Positions 24,701-36,446 of a stretch of DNA of 64,000 bases are shown here, one piece after another. The position numbers and the translations under genes were made by a program. Numbering within the stretch: position 1 is the first letter of the stretch; every line of letters begins with the position of its first letter. Source of the DNA: Takakia lepidozioides (lineage: Eukaryota; Plantae; Bryophyta); the NCBI GenBank assembly GCA_030704615.1, contig CM060732.1, positions 45,570,001-45,634,000 on the forward strand, written 5' to 3'. The notes beneath the pieces were generated by a model. It did not search any database, had not been told where the DNA came from, and saw only the letters and a list, made by a program, of their open reading frames with translations.

Positions 24701-27409
24701 CCAAAGCTTCCATCCCACGCCCCTGCTTTGCATATCCTGCAATCATAGGGCTCCAGGACACCACATCTTGTTCAGCCATATTGTCAAACACTCCCTTTGC
24801 ATCTTCAATGCTCCCACATTTGGCATACATGTCCACTAGGGCAGTTTCCAGAATGACATCTGGTACAATTCCAGCTTTGATGATGTCACCATGGACCTTT
24901 TTGCCCTTTTCCAGGGCTGCCAGGCTGGCACACGCATTGCAAGCGCAAACAAACGTGATGTGGTTGGGTTTCACCCCTTCCCGCATCATTTGCTCATAGG
25001 TCTGCAAAGCCTCCATCCCATGCCCCTGCTGTGCATATCCTGCGATCATTGCATTCCACGACACCACATTTCGTTGGGTCATATTGTCGAACATTCCCTT
25101 TGCATCTTCAATGCTCCCACATTTAGCATACATGTCCACCAGGGCAGTCTTCAGAATTATATCTGGTACAATTCCAGCTTTGACGATGTCACCATGGACC
25201 TCTTTGCCCTTTTCCAGTGCTGCCAGGCTTGCACATGCCTTGCAAATGCAAACAAACGTGATGTGGTCGGGCTTCACCCCTTCCCGCCTCATTTGCTCAT
25301 ATGTCTCCAAAGCATTCCTACCACACCTATGCTTGGAAAATCCTCCTATCATTATATTCCACGAGACCAAACATCGTTGAGGCATTGTGTTGAACACTTG
25401 GTGAGCATCCATGATGCTCCCACATTTAACATACATGTTGACAAGTGTGTTGTGTAGATAAACATTTGGCTTGAATCCACTTTGGATAATGTGAGCATGC
25501 ACCTGCTTTCCAGCTTCCAGACCTTTCAGCTTGATGCACTTATGCAAGAGACAGACATAAGTATCTGAATCTGCAGAAATGCCTCCCTGGGTTAAAGTCT
25601 GTAGAGCCTCTTTCAGTTGCCCTGCCTCACATAGCATCGTCACATGCCCACAAGTGCCAGAAGAGGCATTATGGACTCCCTCTGTTGGTCGTCTTTTGGA
25701 AGCTGTGGTCATGGTTGAGGTGCCTGAGTTTATCAACTGTGCTGCAGCTGCTGCTGCTTTCAGTTGGCCGTCCACCCATGCAGGTTGCTTGTAGCTATCA
25801 ATCCACAGGGAATCACAGGCAATTTTGTGCTTGAAATCCGGCCCAGTTGAGTGAATGTGGGCCCCCACTCTATCCTTGGTCCTTGATCTGTGCATATGTC
25901 TGCACCAATCATGTATAGATGCTGGCCAATCTGCTAGCAGCTGACAATGACAGCCTAGATTTGCTCTAGCAAACACCGCAACCCTACTCATCACACATGA
26001 ATTGCTGATTCGCCCCCAAGACTTTAAAAAAGTGCTGGGGAGAGAGGACGACAATTCCCAACAAAGCTTTGCATTGCATCTTGTTGTCTGCTTCTCTCTG
26101 TAATCTAACAGGCATTCACCTTTTTGCCTTGATTGTCGCACCATAGAATGGGGTCCAAATAATATTCATTCCGAAGCTTCTCCTCATCTCTGTTATTTGT
26201 TTTTGGATACTTTCCTGCTGCCACATTGAAATAATATGTGAAAATCACTCCAAACCATCATAGATCCACCCAACGAGCTTACTTGCAGAATTCAACATGG
26301 AAATTTAGGGACGACTCTGATAAGAGGGCAAAACAGGCTGAAATGTGTTCAAGAAGAAGGTGCCCTCACCACATTGTCCTTGACCTTGCGTCATGAAAGC
26401 AGCTAGCTTTTCTTTCACCCATGGAGGATTCAACCGACCATCAACCCAAAATGACTTCTTGTGTGTGCTGCTTGTGTCTGGAGTCAGGTGATCTCCGCTT
26501 GGTCTGCGAGGAGAACCACAGCTGAGCAGCCACAATCTAAACTCTGCCTTCATCTTGTAACCAACAGGTAAAAAATTACCAGATCATGCATGCTACTATC
26601 AGGAAGAGCCCCACAATTGTAGGATGGACAAACTTCTTCACATTGTACATTAAGAAGCCACACCTTGCCATTGCGGTCCCACCATTGTGAAGGATCTTTA
26701 AAAATCTCATGCCAAGTCTGCTCCATGCTCCACAGTAGACCTTTGTGGCCAAAAATCCGACAGCATCAACATTTCGACCAGTTCCTTTATGGAGGAGTTC
26801 TAGTGAGCTTTCACCAACATTCATGAAAGTCACTTGGGGCTCCATTGGACTCTACGCAATGAGGGACATTCGAACATGTCCAAACTTACGCAGATGCTAA
26901 CCAGCATATGTTGTAGCCTGGAGATTTTGGAGTAGTATGTGAAAACGACCAGGGAACAGCTGACCCTCACCTTTGAAACTCCAGGGAAAAGACCTTGCGA
27001 ATCCTACTTTCATGCCCTGCTCAGGGAGAACGACCTCGTATCACAGTAAAAGCATTCTTCGAGAGCAAGGCGAGATTCTAACTTCACTCAACAACTAGGG
27101 GTACAATCCACTCCACACAATACGATCATACCAGACCTCAGACTCCTTCTCATCCAACATGAAAAAAGCTAACCTTGTCAAGGCTACTGTCCCACCATTG
27201 TGAAGGATGTTCACGGAACTCCCGCCAGCGCTGTTCCATGCTCCAGCGTTGACCTGCGCGCCAGATAAACCAACTATCGGCCTTGCCAAACCATCCCGTG
27301 CACTTTCTGGCTTCTTTGCGCAGAGTACATTCGTTTCTGCTGAATTGCACAAAAGACAATTCCGATTCCGAGCCTGGATCCGCTGACGCATTAGTACATA
27401 CAACACAGC
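21800..27409. repeat. Left arm of a ~5.6-kb inverted segmental duplication (right arm ~36447-41999)
   Basis: Upstream sequence, CDS and 3' flank of the two PPR genes align as reverse complements. Confidence 0.9.
22023..26144 (-). CDS. PLS-class PPR protein with E1-E2-DYW deaminase (C-to-U editing type), 8 P1L1S1 triplets and an N-terminal OSB-type PDF motif
   Basis: 1373-aa ORF with 101-aa PLS triplets, P2L2S2, E1, E2, PG box, HHSEKLA, CGDC and terminal DYW. GPDFKHK...LWIDS...PAWV lies near the N-terminus. The true 5' end is probably spliced (donor at ~26119). Confidence 0.95.
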   Translation of the reverse strand: MVRQSRQKGECLLDYREKQTTRCNAKLCWELSSSLPSTFLKSWGRISNSCVMSRVAVFARANLGCHCQLLADWPASIHDWCRHMHRSRTKDRVGAHIHSTGPDFKHKIACDSLWIDSYKQPAWVDGQLKAAAAAAQLINSGTSTMTTASKRRPTEGVHNASSGTCGHVTMLCEAGQLKEALQTLTQGGISADSDTYVCLLHKCIKLKGLEAGKQVHAHIIQSGFKPNVYLHNTLVNMYVKCGSIMDAHQVFNTMPQRCLVSWNIMIGGFSKHRCGRNALETYEQMRREGVKPDHITFVCICKACASLAALEKGKEVHGDIVKAGIVPDIILKTALVDMYAKCGSIEDAKGMFDNMTQRNVVSWNAMIAGYAQQGHGMEALQTYEQMMREGVKPNHITFVCACNACASLAALEKGKKVHGDIIKAGIVPDVILETALVDMYAKCGSIEDAKGVFDNMAEQDVVSWSPMIAGYAKQGRGMEALETYKQMMRKGLKPDHITFVCVCNACASLAALEKGKEVHGDIIKAGVVPDVILNTALVDMYAKCGSIENAKRVFDNMTERNVVSWNTMIAGYAQQGRAMEAFETYEQMMWKGVTPDHITFICVCNACASLAALDKGKEVHGDIIKAGVVPDVILQNTLVDMYAKCGSIEDAKGVFNNIAERDVVSWSTMIAGYAQQGRGMEALETYEQMMQEGVKPNHITFVSVCNACASMAVLDKGKEVHGDIVKAGLVPDVILNNTLVDMYAKCGCIEDAKGVFNNMAERDVVSWNTMVTGYAQQGHRREALETYEQMMREGVEPNHITFICICNACASLAALEKGKEVHGDIVTAGMVPDVILNTALVDMYAKCGSIEDAKGVFNTMPERNLVSWNTMIAGYAQQGCGMEALETYEQMMREGVKPNHITFVCACNACAGLAALKKGKEVHGDIVKAGIVPDVILNTALLDMYAKCGSIEDGKGVFDNMAERDVVSWNAMIAGCAQQGCGREALETYEQMMWKGVTPDHITFVCVCSVCANLAALEKGKEVHGDIIKAGIVPDVILNTALLDMYAKCGSIEDAKGVFDNMADRDAVTWSAMIAGYAQHGCHREALQLFEGMQMEGLKPDSITFICVLSACSHVGLVDEGRRYFDSLSQDHDVTLTVKHFGCMVDLLGRAGRLDEAEDLINKMPIQPDAVVWKALLGACRIHGNVEMAERAATSILKWDEQDAATYVLLSNIYAAAGRWDDSAKVRKMMNVRGARKEPGRCCIEVGNRVHTFVVDDKLHPKIKEIHTELRRLSGQMKEAGYVPDTRFVLHDVGEEQKEFSLCHHSEKLALGFGLISTAPRSPLRLIKNLRVCGDCHMSTKFISKIVGRAIVVRDANRFHHFEDGVCSCGDYW

Positions 27410-28051
27410 GACCCAAAAAGGAAAGTTCACAGCACACAGAGATCTTGCACTAAATTTTGGCACGGTTGGATTATTACATATGTCAACAAAAAGCAATAAA
27501 AAACCACGGCAACAACCACACCTGCCATCCAACACAGTAGTAGTAGATTCGATCTCTCCAACTTCCCTTAGGCCCAACTGTTAGAACTGTTAAGATACTG
27601 AATTCCCTACAAAGCTGTTAGTAAAATGTGACCCAAGTAACACAAAACACCTATTCTCAGTCAACTAGTTCATATTCCATCAGTACACTTCTCTTGGAAT
27701 CGAAAATCATATTTGCAAACAAGAGAATGATGGGAGCCATTCCCTGTCGAGACTAGAGACCGTCTCATATGCATACAACTTTTTCGAAGTGCTCGATTAG
27801 TTTCGAGTTTTGAAAGCCCTAAACCCTCGTGAATCCCTATTTGCAAGACCTCAAACTCCAACCTGAAATTTTCCATATTTCTCCCTCTTTCTCTCTCTCT
27901 CGGACCTAGATCGAATATCACTGTTGAACCCGTTTTACAATCTTGCTTACTCTGCTCCCTCCCTCATTCCGGGGCAGTTCGTTCCACGTCCAAGAAGGCT
28001 TGTTTTTGTTACGCAGTGGGCTCCCCAAGCTGGTGATTGGCCTGAAGAAGA

Positions 28052-31000
28052 ATGAGGGAGGTGTTGACACTGCAATTGGGCGGTTTCGCCAACTATGTCG
28101 GCTCTCATTTCTGGAACTTCCAGGTACTATTTTATGTTCACGAGTATTGCCGAGATGGTTGTGAGCGGTGCCATGCACTAATTATGGCAAACATTGACAG
28201 CCTCTGCAATTCGTTTGAGAGAAGAAAGATAGAGAAAACAGATTATAATGTTCAGATAGGGCGACGGGGCTACTTAAGTGTTGCCCGAAAACGAAGTGCC
28301 TCCTCACCCAGTTGACGGCCTCAGGTAAGGATTGGGAGTCTCTACTGAGACAATAATATCCCCTTCGGATCTCGTACTATGCAAGATAGCAGAAGAGAAG
28401 TGACAGCAGAGTCCTGCTTAGCACGAGTCTTGCAGGTAGTCTTCCAGGTAGGCATGGAGTCACTTCGGGTCTTCAAAGCTGAAGGCTTGGTAAGGATTGG
28501 GGGTTCTAAAAAAGACAGCAGTATCTACCACGATCTCGAAATATCAGGGAAGGGGAAGACCATTTCCCTGTTTGAATTTGCAGAGAAACAGGTGAATATA
28601 GAGGTATCTGCACCAAAAATCTCCAAAATCTTTAATCTGGAAAATGTAAATCCTAAATCACATGCAGAATTGATATTCACTTCGAGTGGCCATCTTTGTG
28701 CCCTCCTGTTGGCTGAAGAGTATGGAATTGAGGAGGCAACCTGTCAGAGACATAATATCTTGGAGTAAGAACATTTATCAGGGCCCCATTGGATAAAGTA
28801 GAAAACCAGTTCACAACATCAAACCAGGGCCAAAGACCAAGTGCCTATGCAGCTACCCTGCCAGGCTCTTTGGGTCCTCAAAGCTGGAAGTTTTTGCCAA
28901 AAGACTATGAAGTCTCTGAAGGGACAATAGTATCTGCCATAGATCTTTCATATGCAAGAGAAAAGAATGAAAGAAATTCCCTGATAAAGAGAGTTTCCAA
29001 GACTTCTTTCTTTGGTCTGGGCCTTTGTCCTCTTGTTGCCTTTGTGGCTTCTTGAATTCTTTAGCACTTTTTGCCCTTGTGACTTTGCATCATATGCCTT
29101 TCGAGGCTTTGCTAATATGTTGCCTGAAGAGATTGTAAAGTAAAGTTTGAACTGCTCTTGCCCCTTTCCTCCTGAGAAAAATATTGACGATTTCGTTCAT
29201 CGTGATATTTCTCTGGTTCTTGAAGGATGAGACACTTGGACTTGTGGAAGGAGGAGACGAAGGGCAATCCCCTGTTACAGGGCTAGATATGGATGTTCTG
29301 TATAGAGTTGGTGAAACCCGTCAGGTGCTCTTTCTCTTCCCACTTCCCTCCTCCTGCTTACTCCAAACTGGCATGGGTTGACATCTACACGTGGATGTTG
29401 TCATGAGCACCTCATTGTGTGGGTGTGCTCTCGTGTTGTTGCATTCTAATCCCAGATTTGGACTTTTGATCTGCAGGGGCTGTCAACATATACACCACGC
29501 TTGCTTGCACTTGATCAACGTGGTAAAGTCATTCTTCAACTCCACATATTCAGTCCTTAAACCACTGGGCGTCGGGGCGGAGGTCGCTTTGTAATCCGCT
29601 CTGGAAGAGCCAGTGATGAGACGCCCCTAATTGTTCGATTGGAGGCTTTTATAACCTTGTTTGAGGCTGGAGAGAATGTACTCATAAGACGTTGTTTGCC
29701 GTAGCCTTGTGGCCATAGACCCCGTGCCCTGCGGAAGAGAGAGAATGTACTCCTAAGACTTTGTTTGCTGTAGGTGGCCATGGACCTCGCGCCCGGTTTG
29801 GACGGAAACATGGGGAATAGGCACTACCTTTGTGAGGGGCTCACTCCAGTAGTGTGACTTACGCTGATATAAACAACTACTTTGGGCTTTCCAGATATCC
29901 TCTAGAGAGCCCTTCACGAATCATCGATCTGCTGTGTGTGAGCAGCTCAAAAATTAGACCCCAACAGGGCCAGGGCTTTAGGCTCAGCCTCCAGATTTTG
30001 AAAGTTGGTGAACAGAGGTGCAGGAACCATGTTCTTGATGTTCCTGAAGAGGGTCACACTCTGGTGAGAATACACCGGACAGTGTATCAGAAAATGGATA
30101 TTGTCTTCAGGTTTTGGGCACATTGGGCAATTAAAACCTCCTTTTCCTCTCTGCATCTGTTTATTGTTCAAAGGTAGGCTCCCCACCTTGAGAGCAGAAG
30201 AGAATGTACTCATAAGATTTTGTTTGCCGTAGCCGTTTGGCCACAGACCTTGTACCCAGTTTGGACGGAGTACTTAAGCTGGATGATAACCTCAGTTATG
30301 CTGTTGTTTACAGTTTTCTTTGTACAGGGAGCTTGGGTGCAGTGAGGGCTGTGGGGTCTTTATATGAGGGCCCACCGCAAGCCGATCTCTCCTCTGTTAC
30401 CACCTGGTAAACATCTCTCTCCATCATTCTCACTCGTTCTGTTTATAGCCAGGAGGTCACACCACAGACATCAATTACAAAGCTTGCCATCTCTGTCCCT
30501 CCCTCCTCCAACTCTCTTCTTGTGTGAACAATCCCATTCAAGGTCTTCGATGTCTCAGTGTGTGTCAATCCAGCTGGACATATTTGAAGTGCCGCTCCCC
30601 TCTAGCTCAAAACATGTGTGACGATGTGGCTGTATGGCTGAACTAAAGGATAGAGAAAAGGAGCAGAGTAAGGAAAGAAACTTTATACATCCACGGGAAG
30701 CTCAAGGAGCTTATGAGACAAAGGAAAGCAGAAAAGAAGAGAAATGGGCAACAACCAGCCACCAAACTACAACAAATCAACTTTCTGGTTAGAAATAAAG
30801 TGTGGTTTGATATCATTTAGATTCAACTTCAAGAGATTCTATAAGGGGGAGAGCCCTATGTAAATATGCTGCAAGGCATCTCTGGTCTTTGTAATGAAAC
30901 TGTGAGGGATTCACTGTCTCTAAATATAAAGAGACGGGAATTTAAAGTGGGAGAGAAAGAAAGAGAGACAAAAGCAGACCTCAACACTGGGTTGTTTCCA

Positions 31001-34000
31001 TAGGTCTGGGTCAACAACGACTTACAGAGCAGAACCCTACGAGAAGAATGAGTTTTTACAAAGTCTGGATGAAGAGGAAGAGAGCTCGTATGCTGGACCT
31101 GGTTATAGCCAAGGCAGTGTTTCAGGGAATGGTGTAGATCACTCAAGTAATGGGGACATCAGAACACAGGAATCCAGAGAGAGGGCGCGAGTTGAAAGCC
31201 TGGAAAACTCTGTTCAGTTTTGGACGGATTACCAAAAGTTTCATTTGCACCCTCAGAGTGTCTATGAGCTGCAGAATTCATGGCATGGGTTGACCCCCTT
31301 TGATAGCTATGGCAATGGTCAAGGACTGCTGATGCAGCACTCTCAAATTGAGGAAGTCCAGGACCGGTTACGGTTCTTTGTTGAAGAGTGCGACCATTTG
31401 CAGGTATGATGGATGTTTGTAGAGCTTCTCCTCTCTGCCCTCTTCTCTCAGCAATGTGACTGGCTGTGCAACCACAGTCTTATCTGTTGGCTGCTCACAC
31501 ACAGCAGATTGATGCTTGTGTGAAGGGGCTTCCTAGAGGATATCTGGAAAGCCCGAACTAATTGTTTGTATCAAAGTAAGTCATCCTACCGGAGTGAGCC
31601 CCTCACAAAGGTAGTCTCTGGTCCCTTTTGTTCCGCCCAAACTAAGCGCGGGGTCTATGGCTGCAAGGCTACGGCAAACAAAGTCTTATGAGTACATCTT
31701 ATCTGTTGCAAAGGGCTGGAGGAGCAGTGCTAAATTGAACCACATGCTTTCTAGTATGATTGAATCCCCAAAACAGGATTGTACCCCCAAGGGTATCTCA
31801 TAGCTACTACTTGCTGGGCATGGTCTATGAATATATTCTCTCGCTGCTTCTCATTATGAGTTCATTGTCCACATCTTTTTCGTTCTTTCTCTACATTGCA
31901 AAATCTGTTGCCAGTGAGATGGCTATAGCAGCATCTTGTGGAATGTACTATCAACAAAAAAAGTAGACTCCTGCCAAAGAAAGTGTTAATAATGGTGTCT
32001 TTTCATCTCAAAAGGAGCTACTGCCTTGTGTTTGGAAGGTGGACACCTTCTAACCGCCGTTACCGGGTCAACATGGTGGCCCAAACCTTCCCCTAGGACT
32101 CGAAAGCCCCTAGGTACCCACAAAGTAGGTGAGCGGTTGACCCAATGAACCTCCCCTTTTACACTTGGGTTGGCTGCAATCAAGATGCACTTGTGTGACT
32201 TTGAGCCTATGACCGATTGTAAGGTGGTCTTGTGCCTGAACATACTACAGACTTTCTAGTACGATGTCACTGCCCGCACATACATGAAGAGGATTATTGT
32301 GTCTCTGCCCGAGGGCTATGGCAAAGTCTGGGTGGCTCTGATACATGTTGTGGACTGTGATCCTACAACTGGCTCTGTGAGGATTTGTGTCACCCGGGGA
32401 CTAAGCCCTCAATAGTACGTCAAAACTAACTTTTGGACGGAATGGTCAATGAGCATGTGATTCTTCTTTTAAAAAGAGGGAAGGGTAAGACCCCATAATC
32501 CCTCTTTGGTCGGGTTCTTCTTGTTTGTTGACCTTGTAGTTGTAATGGTCTGGGTGTTCTGGCTCTGCCCCGTAAGTTTTCTGAGTCTCTCTAGACAAGT
32601 TTTTGTGTTTCTCTTTAACAATTTTCTCTCTGTTCCATAAGCTCTGTCAGATTCGTGTGGATGCTATAAATTTTTTTTCTCTCTCTTTTCCTCTTTCGTT
32701 TTTTCTCGTGCTTTTACGCCTCAGGGCTCGCAGCCTCTCGCGACAAAGCCTAGGGTCAGCATGGTATAATGAGTCATGTGTTGGTTCACTGATATATTTT
32801 GGGGTTTGGTCATTCAGGGCTTTCAGATTCTGGTAGACGATTCAGGTGGGTTTTCTGGAGTAGCAGCTGATTTCCTCGAAGAGGTCGTTGAGGAATATGG
32901 ACAAAGTCCTCGTTTACTTTTTGCATTACGACCCCCTGGGATTGTTCCAGGACCTCCAAGCAACCGAGCATCAGTTGTATCTCGCCTCCATGAATCCATT
33001 TCCCTTGCACGACTATCTTCCCTCACCAACCTCTTGGTTCCCCTGGGGATCCCACATCTTGCCTCAAGTAAGGTTATGTCAGTGATTATTCTTACCTACG
33101 TCGTTAACATTCCTATGTTCTCTAGTTGGTCCCTTTTTGCTGGAAGGGTACAGCAAGCACAGCCGAACATGTGCATTTCTCTCTCCCAGTCTGTGCCGGT
33201 TTGTTGACTTTCTTCTTAGTGTTCTCTCTCATCCAGGTTGTTTCCTTCTTTATGCAGCCTCCTTTTTGCTTTGCAGGCCAATTTGCCAGACATCTATGCA
33301 TGACCGACTCGAAGTTTTTTCACTCGAGTGCTGTCTATGCGGCTGCGGTTAACACCATCACTCTTCCCTTTAGAATGGAAGTGGCTGGGCCAGTTGCCAG
33401 AGGCATTGGTAACACTGACATGGATAATCTGGTCCAACTTGTTTCGTGCTCACAAGCAAAAAAGGTTGCACTTATGCAAGCTTCACTGCCAGGACCAGCT
33501 GTGCCAGGTGAGTCTCAAAATAGGGCTTTCATAAGCAAGCAAGGCCACTTTTGAATATTTTAGCACAAACCTCTAGAGTATGGATGGATATTGTCCAAGC
33601 TGGACAGCAAAGCTGTTGCAGATGTATGTGAGGAGGGGTGAGACTTGTGGGGGAAAAGAAATATGGGTCAGCAAGGGATGTGAGGAGGACATTCAGAGAC
33701 AAAGGGAAAAAAGGTGGAAAAGAAAGAGAGACGAGAAACACGCACTTTTAGAAACTGCCTGCTAAGAAGCATGTTGGGACATGGTGGGACTTACTTCCTG
33801 ACAATCTGCTAAGTAAGCTAGGAGGGATTGAGAGATGTGACAGGGTGTGTGCACTTGGTGGCAGCTGCTGGGAGCAGGGATGGGCTTGATCTAATGTCGC
33901 TGGCATCTTTGACACCGGGTGTCGATTTTTCTGTCATTGACGCTCACGTAGCAGAGGCCTTGGTTATCCAAGGTGCTCGGCTAACAGGTAGACATTATTA

Positions 34001-34737
34001 TGTCTGTTTTATTTCTGTTATCTCATAGAGCCTTTGGGCTTCTAGTGGGTGTAATAACACTCTTCTCCCTTGTCTCCCTCCTTGGTTTGCTTTTTCTTGT
34101 TTCTCTAGGCTTTGGTAAATGGGTCCTCTTGCTCACTTTGAGTGGAAGTTTGAGTGGAAGGAGGGCAGGACCCATCAGACAGAAGAAGTTCATGAAAATA
34201 CTGATGTCTGTGTCTTTCCAAAAGCATGAGAAACTGCCATTTAAAAATGAGTAAAATGAGGATGGTTGTTTCTCTGCAGGTTCAAGAGGCCCAGCTTCAG
34301 TGTCACAAGTGCTAGAATCCGCCTCTCGGGCTCGGACAGGTTTTCACAGAGGTGGGCTATCTTTGTGCCACTTGGCAGTCTCCCCAAGCCCACTTCCCAT
34401 CCCTTTACCATTCCCGTGTATATTTGGGCCGCGTGTTGGACGATGGGGAGACATAATGCCAGATCTGGTCTCACACGCTACTGGAAGGGGTGGCCTAGAC
34501 GTTGTCTCTTCTCCAGTTGCAGCAAGAGTGAGCACAAGCGAAGCAATTCTAGCTTATGTGAAGGAGAGGGCGATGAATTTCTCTAACTTTGGTCTTTCAC
34601 GTGGGTCAGTTGGGAGTGGTATTCTAGAAGAATGGGGATTTCCGAGGGAGGAGGCCCAGGACCTCAGTGAGACTTTGAATGGTTTTGTTGCTGCATATGG
34701 AGAGAGCACTGAATCTGTTTCATCTGATTCTGAGTAG
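28052..34737 (+). CDS. MSTO1: Misato/DML1 tubulin-related protein, multi-exon
   Basis: Exons read MREVLTLQLGGFANYVGSHFWNFQ, MDVLYRVGETRQ, TYTPRLLALDQRG-SLGAV, VQFWTDY..FHLHPQS...DRLRFFVEECDHLQ, GFQILVDDSGGFSGVAADFLEE, FHSSAVYAAAVNTITLPFR, ending LEEWGF...SSDSE*, with GT-AG junctions. Confidence 0.9.
29670..29848 (+). repeat. Intronic dispersed repeat; further copy at ~30199-30270 and inverted copy at ~31591-31697
   Basis: atgtactcataagactttgtttgccgtagcc...actacctttgtgaggggctcactcc. Confidence 0.75.
29947..30195 (-). mobile_element. 3' fragment of a non-LTR retrotransposon (C-terminal CCHC region) in a Misato intron
   Basis: CPMC...EDNIHFLIHCP motif, flanked by copies of gagaatgtactc(a/c)taaga. 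Confidence 0.6.
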
Positions 34738-36446
34738 ATGTTTCCGAAGCAATTTGTGTACTCACTGATCACTACTCATGAACCCTCAGACTTCCCGTCC
34801 AGTGCTGGCCTTGAGATTTCAACCCACCAGTTATGCACCTAGCCTGCGGGTGCCCAGCTTATGTCAGTCCCCTTTACCTGGGTCACTTGAAGGGAGGAAA
34901 CAGAAACAGTGAGGACTCTTATCAGTCCTCTTCAATCGGATTATATGTAGACTGCTAACCAAACCGAGGACTAGACATGTTTTCAAGGGTTGAGAGAAGC
35001 ATCAGGCTCCCATCTTTTGGACCCTTACAGCAGTTCTGCCCAACACTCGGTGTGTTTTGAAGAAACAAAACAATGTTGTAATGGAGGCGGTGGGATACAT
35101 ACAACACATGCTATATTGAAATATGGGAACTCTTGATGTCATGCGACTATCACTACAGGAATTCACACTGTCTTCCATGCAAAGCTAGTGAAAACGCTAT
35201 GGGCATTGCTACAGATAATTGAAGTTTCACCGTTTCAAAGCATGCTCCATATGTATTCTTGCAATGCAGCCATGAACAGTTAGGCACTTGAATCCTTCAG
35301 TAACTTTTTTTGGACTACTTTTGTGAGGGGTTCTGCCAGTACAACGGCTTCTTTCAGATTTGTAATTGCAATGTTACCATGGCTGAGCATGCTGGTAGCT
35401 GGTGAAGGCATCCTTGAAGCTAATGTGAACTGAACAGAGAAACCTTCCTTCCACCTTGCTAGTGATCACATTAGAGTGATCCATAGACTTGGATATGATA
35501 TAGAGAGAGAGAGATGACGCCAATCGGAGTAGCGAATAAGAGCCTCTTCCCCTCGCGGGTACTTCCCACTTTCGGGAGTAGGCTCTATCAAATGAATATG
35601 ATACATAGCAGGGCACATGAACTCAAACCTGTTCTCTTTCACATGATGATCTGCGCGTAGGATACCAATCTAGTGTGCGCAGAAAGAGAGGTAACCAGAC
35701 AGACAGAGTCGTATCGTAACCTGCGGCTTAAATGAAGCCGCGAACTTGAAAGAAAGAAACACTCTTCGTAGATGCCCACTTGGGGAGACAGGCGATCTAC
35801 CGATTTATAACAAGTTGCACAATGTGTTGCAAAAACTATTGAAAAAGCAGCTGCAATGCAGAGTGTACCGGTAGTATCTATAAGACATTTTCAGCAGCAC
35901 AATGCACTGATGCAATTGATGACCTCGGCTTGCAAGCAACTCTTACTGCACCACCAGGGTGACAATAAAAATGAAAGGAAAAAAAAGAGGGAAGTGGACT
36001 ACTGTCTGAGTGAAGGTCCAGAAATACAGCGCGCTTACCAAGTACCTAGCATTGTTAGTTGGAAGGCAGAGCTCCACGAGTGTCACCTAGCTAAGCATCA
36101 CCAACGATTGTGCTGGTTAGCATATTACAGTAGATGGGTCCTCCGGATAGGTGAGTTTTGGCGATCCTACACAGGGAAGGACGGAAGCCCTCAGGTGGGT
36201 TGATAGGGAGGAGCTGCTTTGCTGTTATCGTTTCTTGCATCGGAGTTGCAAGTACACGAACCCAAATATATCTTTCTGCCTCTTTCTCACGCACCGCCGG
36301 CGATGGCAGCGTCTTCCCGCGTTCTCCTCGTTCTCCTGACCGCGCATGCCCACTCCATACTCAAGGCCATGTACACTCGCCTCAGTCATGCGGGAGGGCT
36401 CGCATCATGCAGCGGATTAAAGGGCTGGGTTGTGGATTTGGAATGG

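Noticed and set aside
23073-24839. 588-aa plus-strand ORF, and the 388-aa minus-strand ORF at 39189-40355
   Set aside because: These are antisense shadows of the homogeneous PPR repeats, broken at different points in the two paralogs and showing no independent motifs.
25990-26144. N-terminal extension present only in the left PPR ORF
   Set aside because: It lies mostly after the GKK|GTGAAT donor, and the paralog has frame-breaking indels there, consistent with intron sequence.
26305-26553. Apparently conserved uORF ending PSYQSRP upstream of both PPR genes (also 36970-37200)
   Set aside because: Better explained as a PDF-motif exon reading through a phase-1 GT donor into an intron; the similarity reflects recent duplication.
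28379-29055. Two ORFs (129 and 88 aa) in Misato intron 1
   Set aside because: No recognisable motif; possibly decayed insertion sequence.
29567-29627. Hairpin GGGCGTC...GACGCCC containing GTGATGA, and a twister-like string at ~32150-32185 on the minus strand
   Set aside because: The hammerhead core CTGATGA/GAAA and twister pseudoknot pairings could not be completed by eye; a covariance-model search would be needed.
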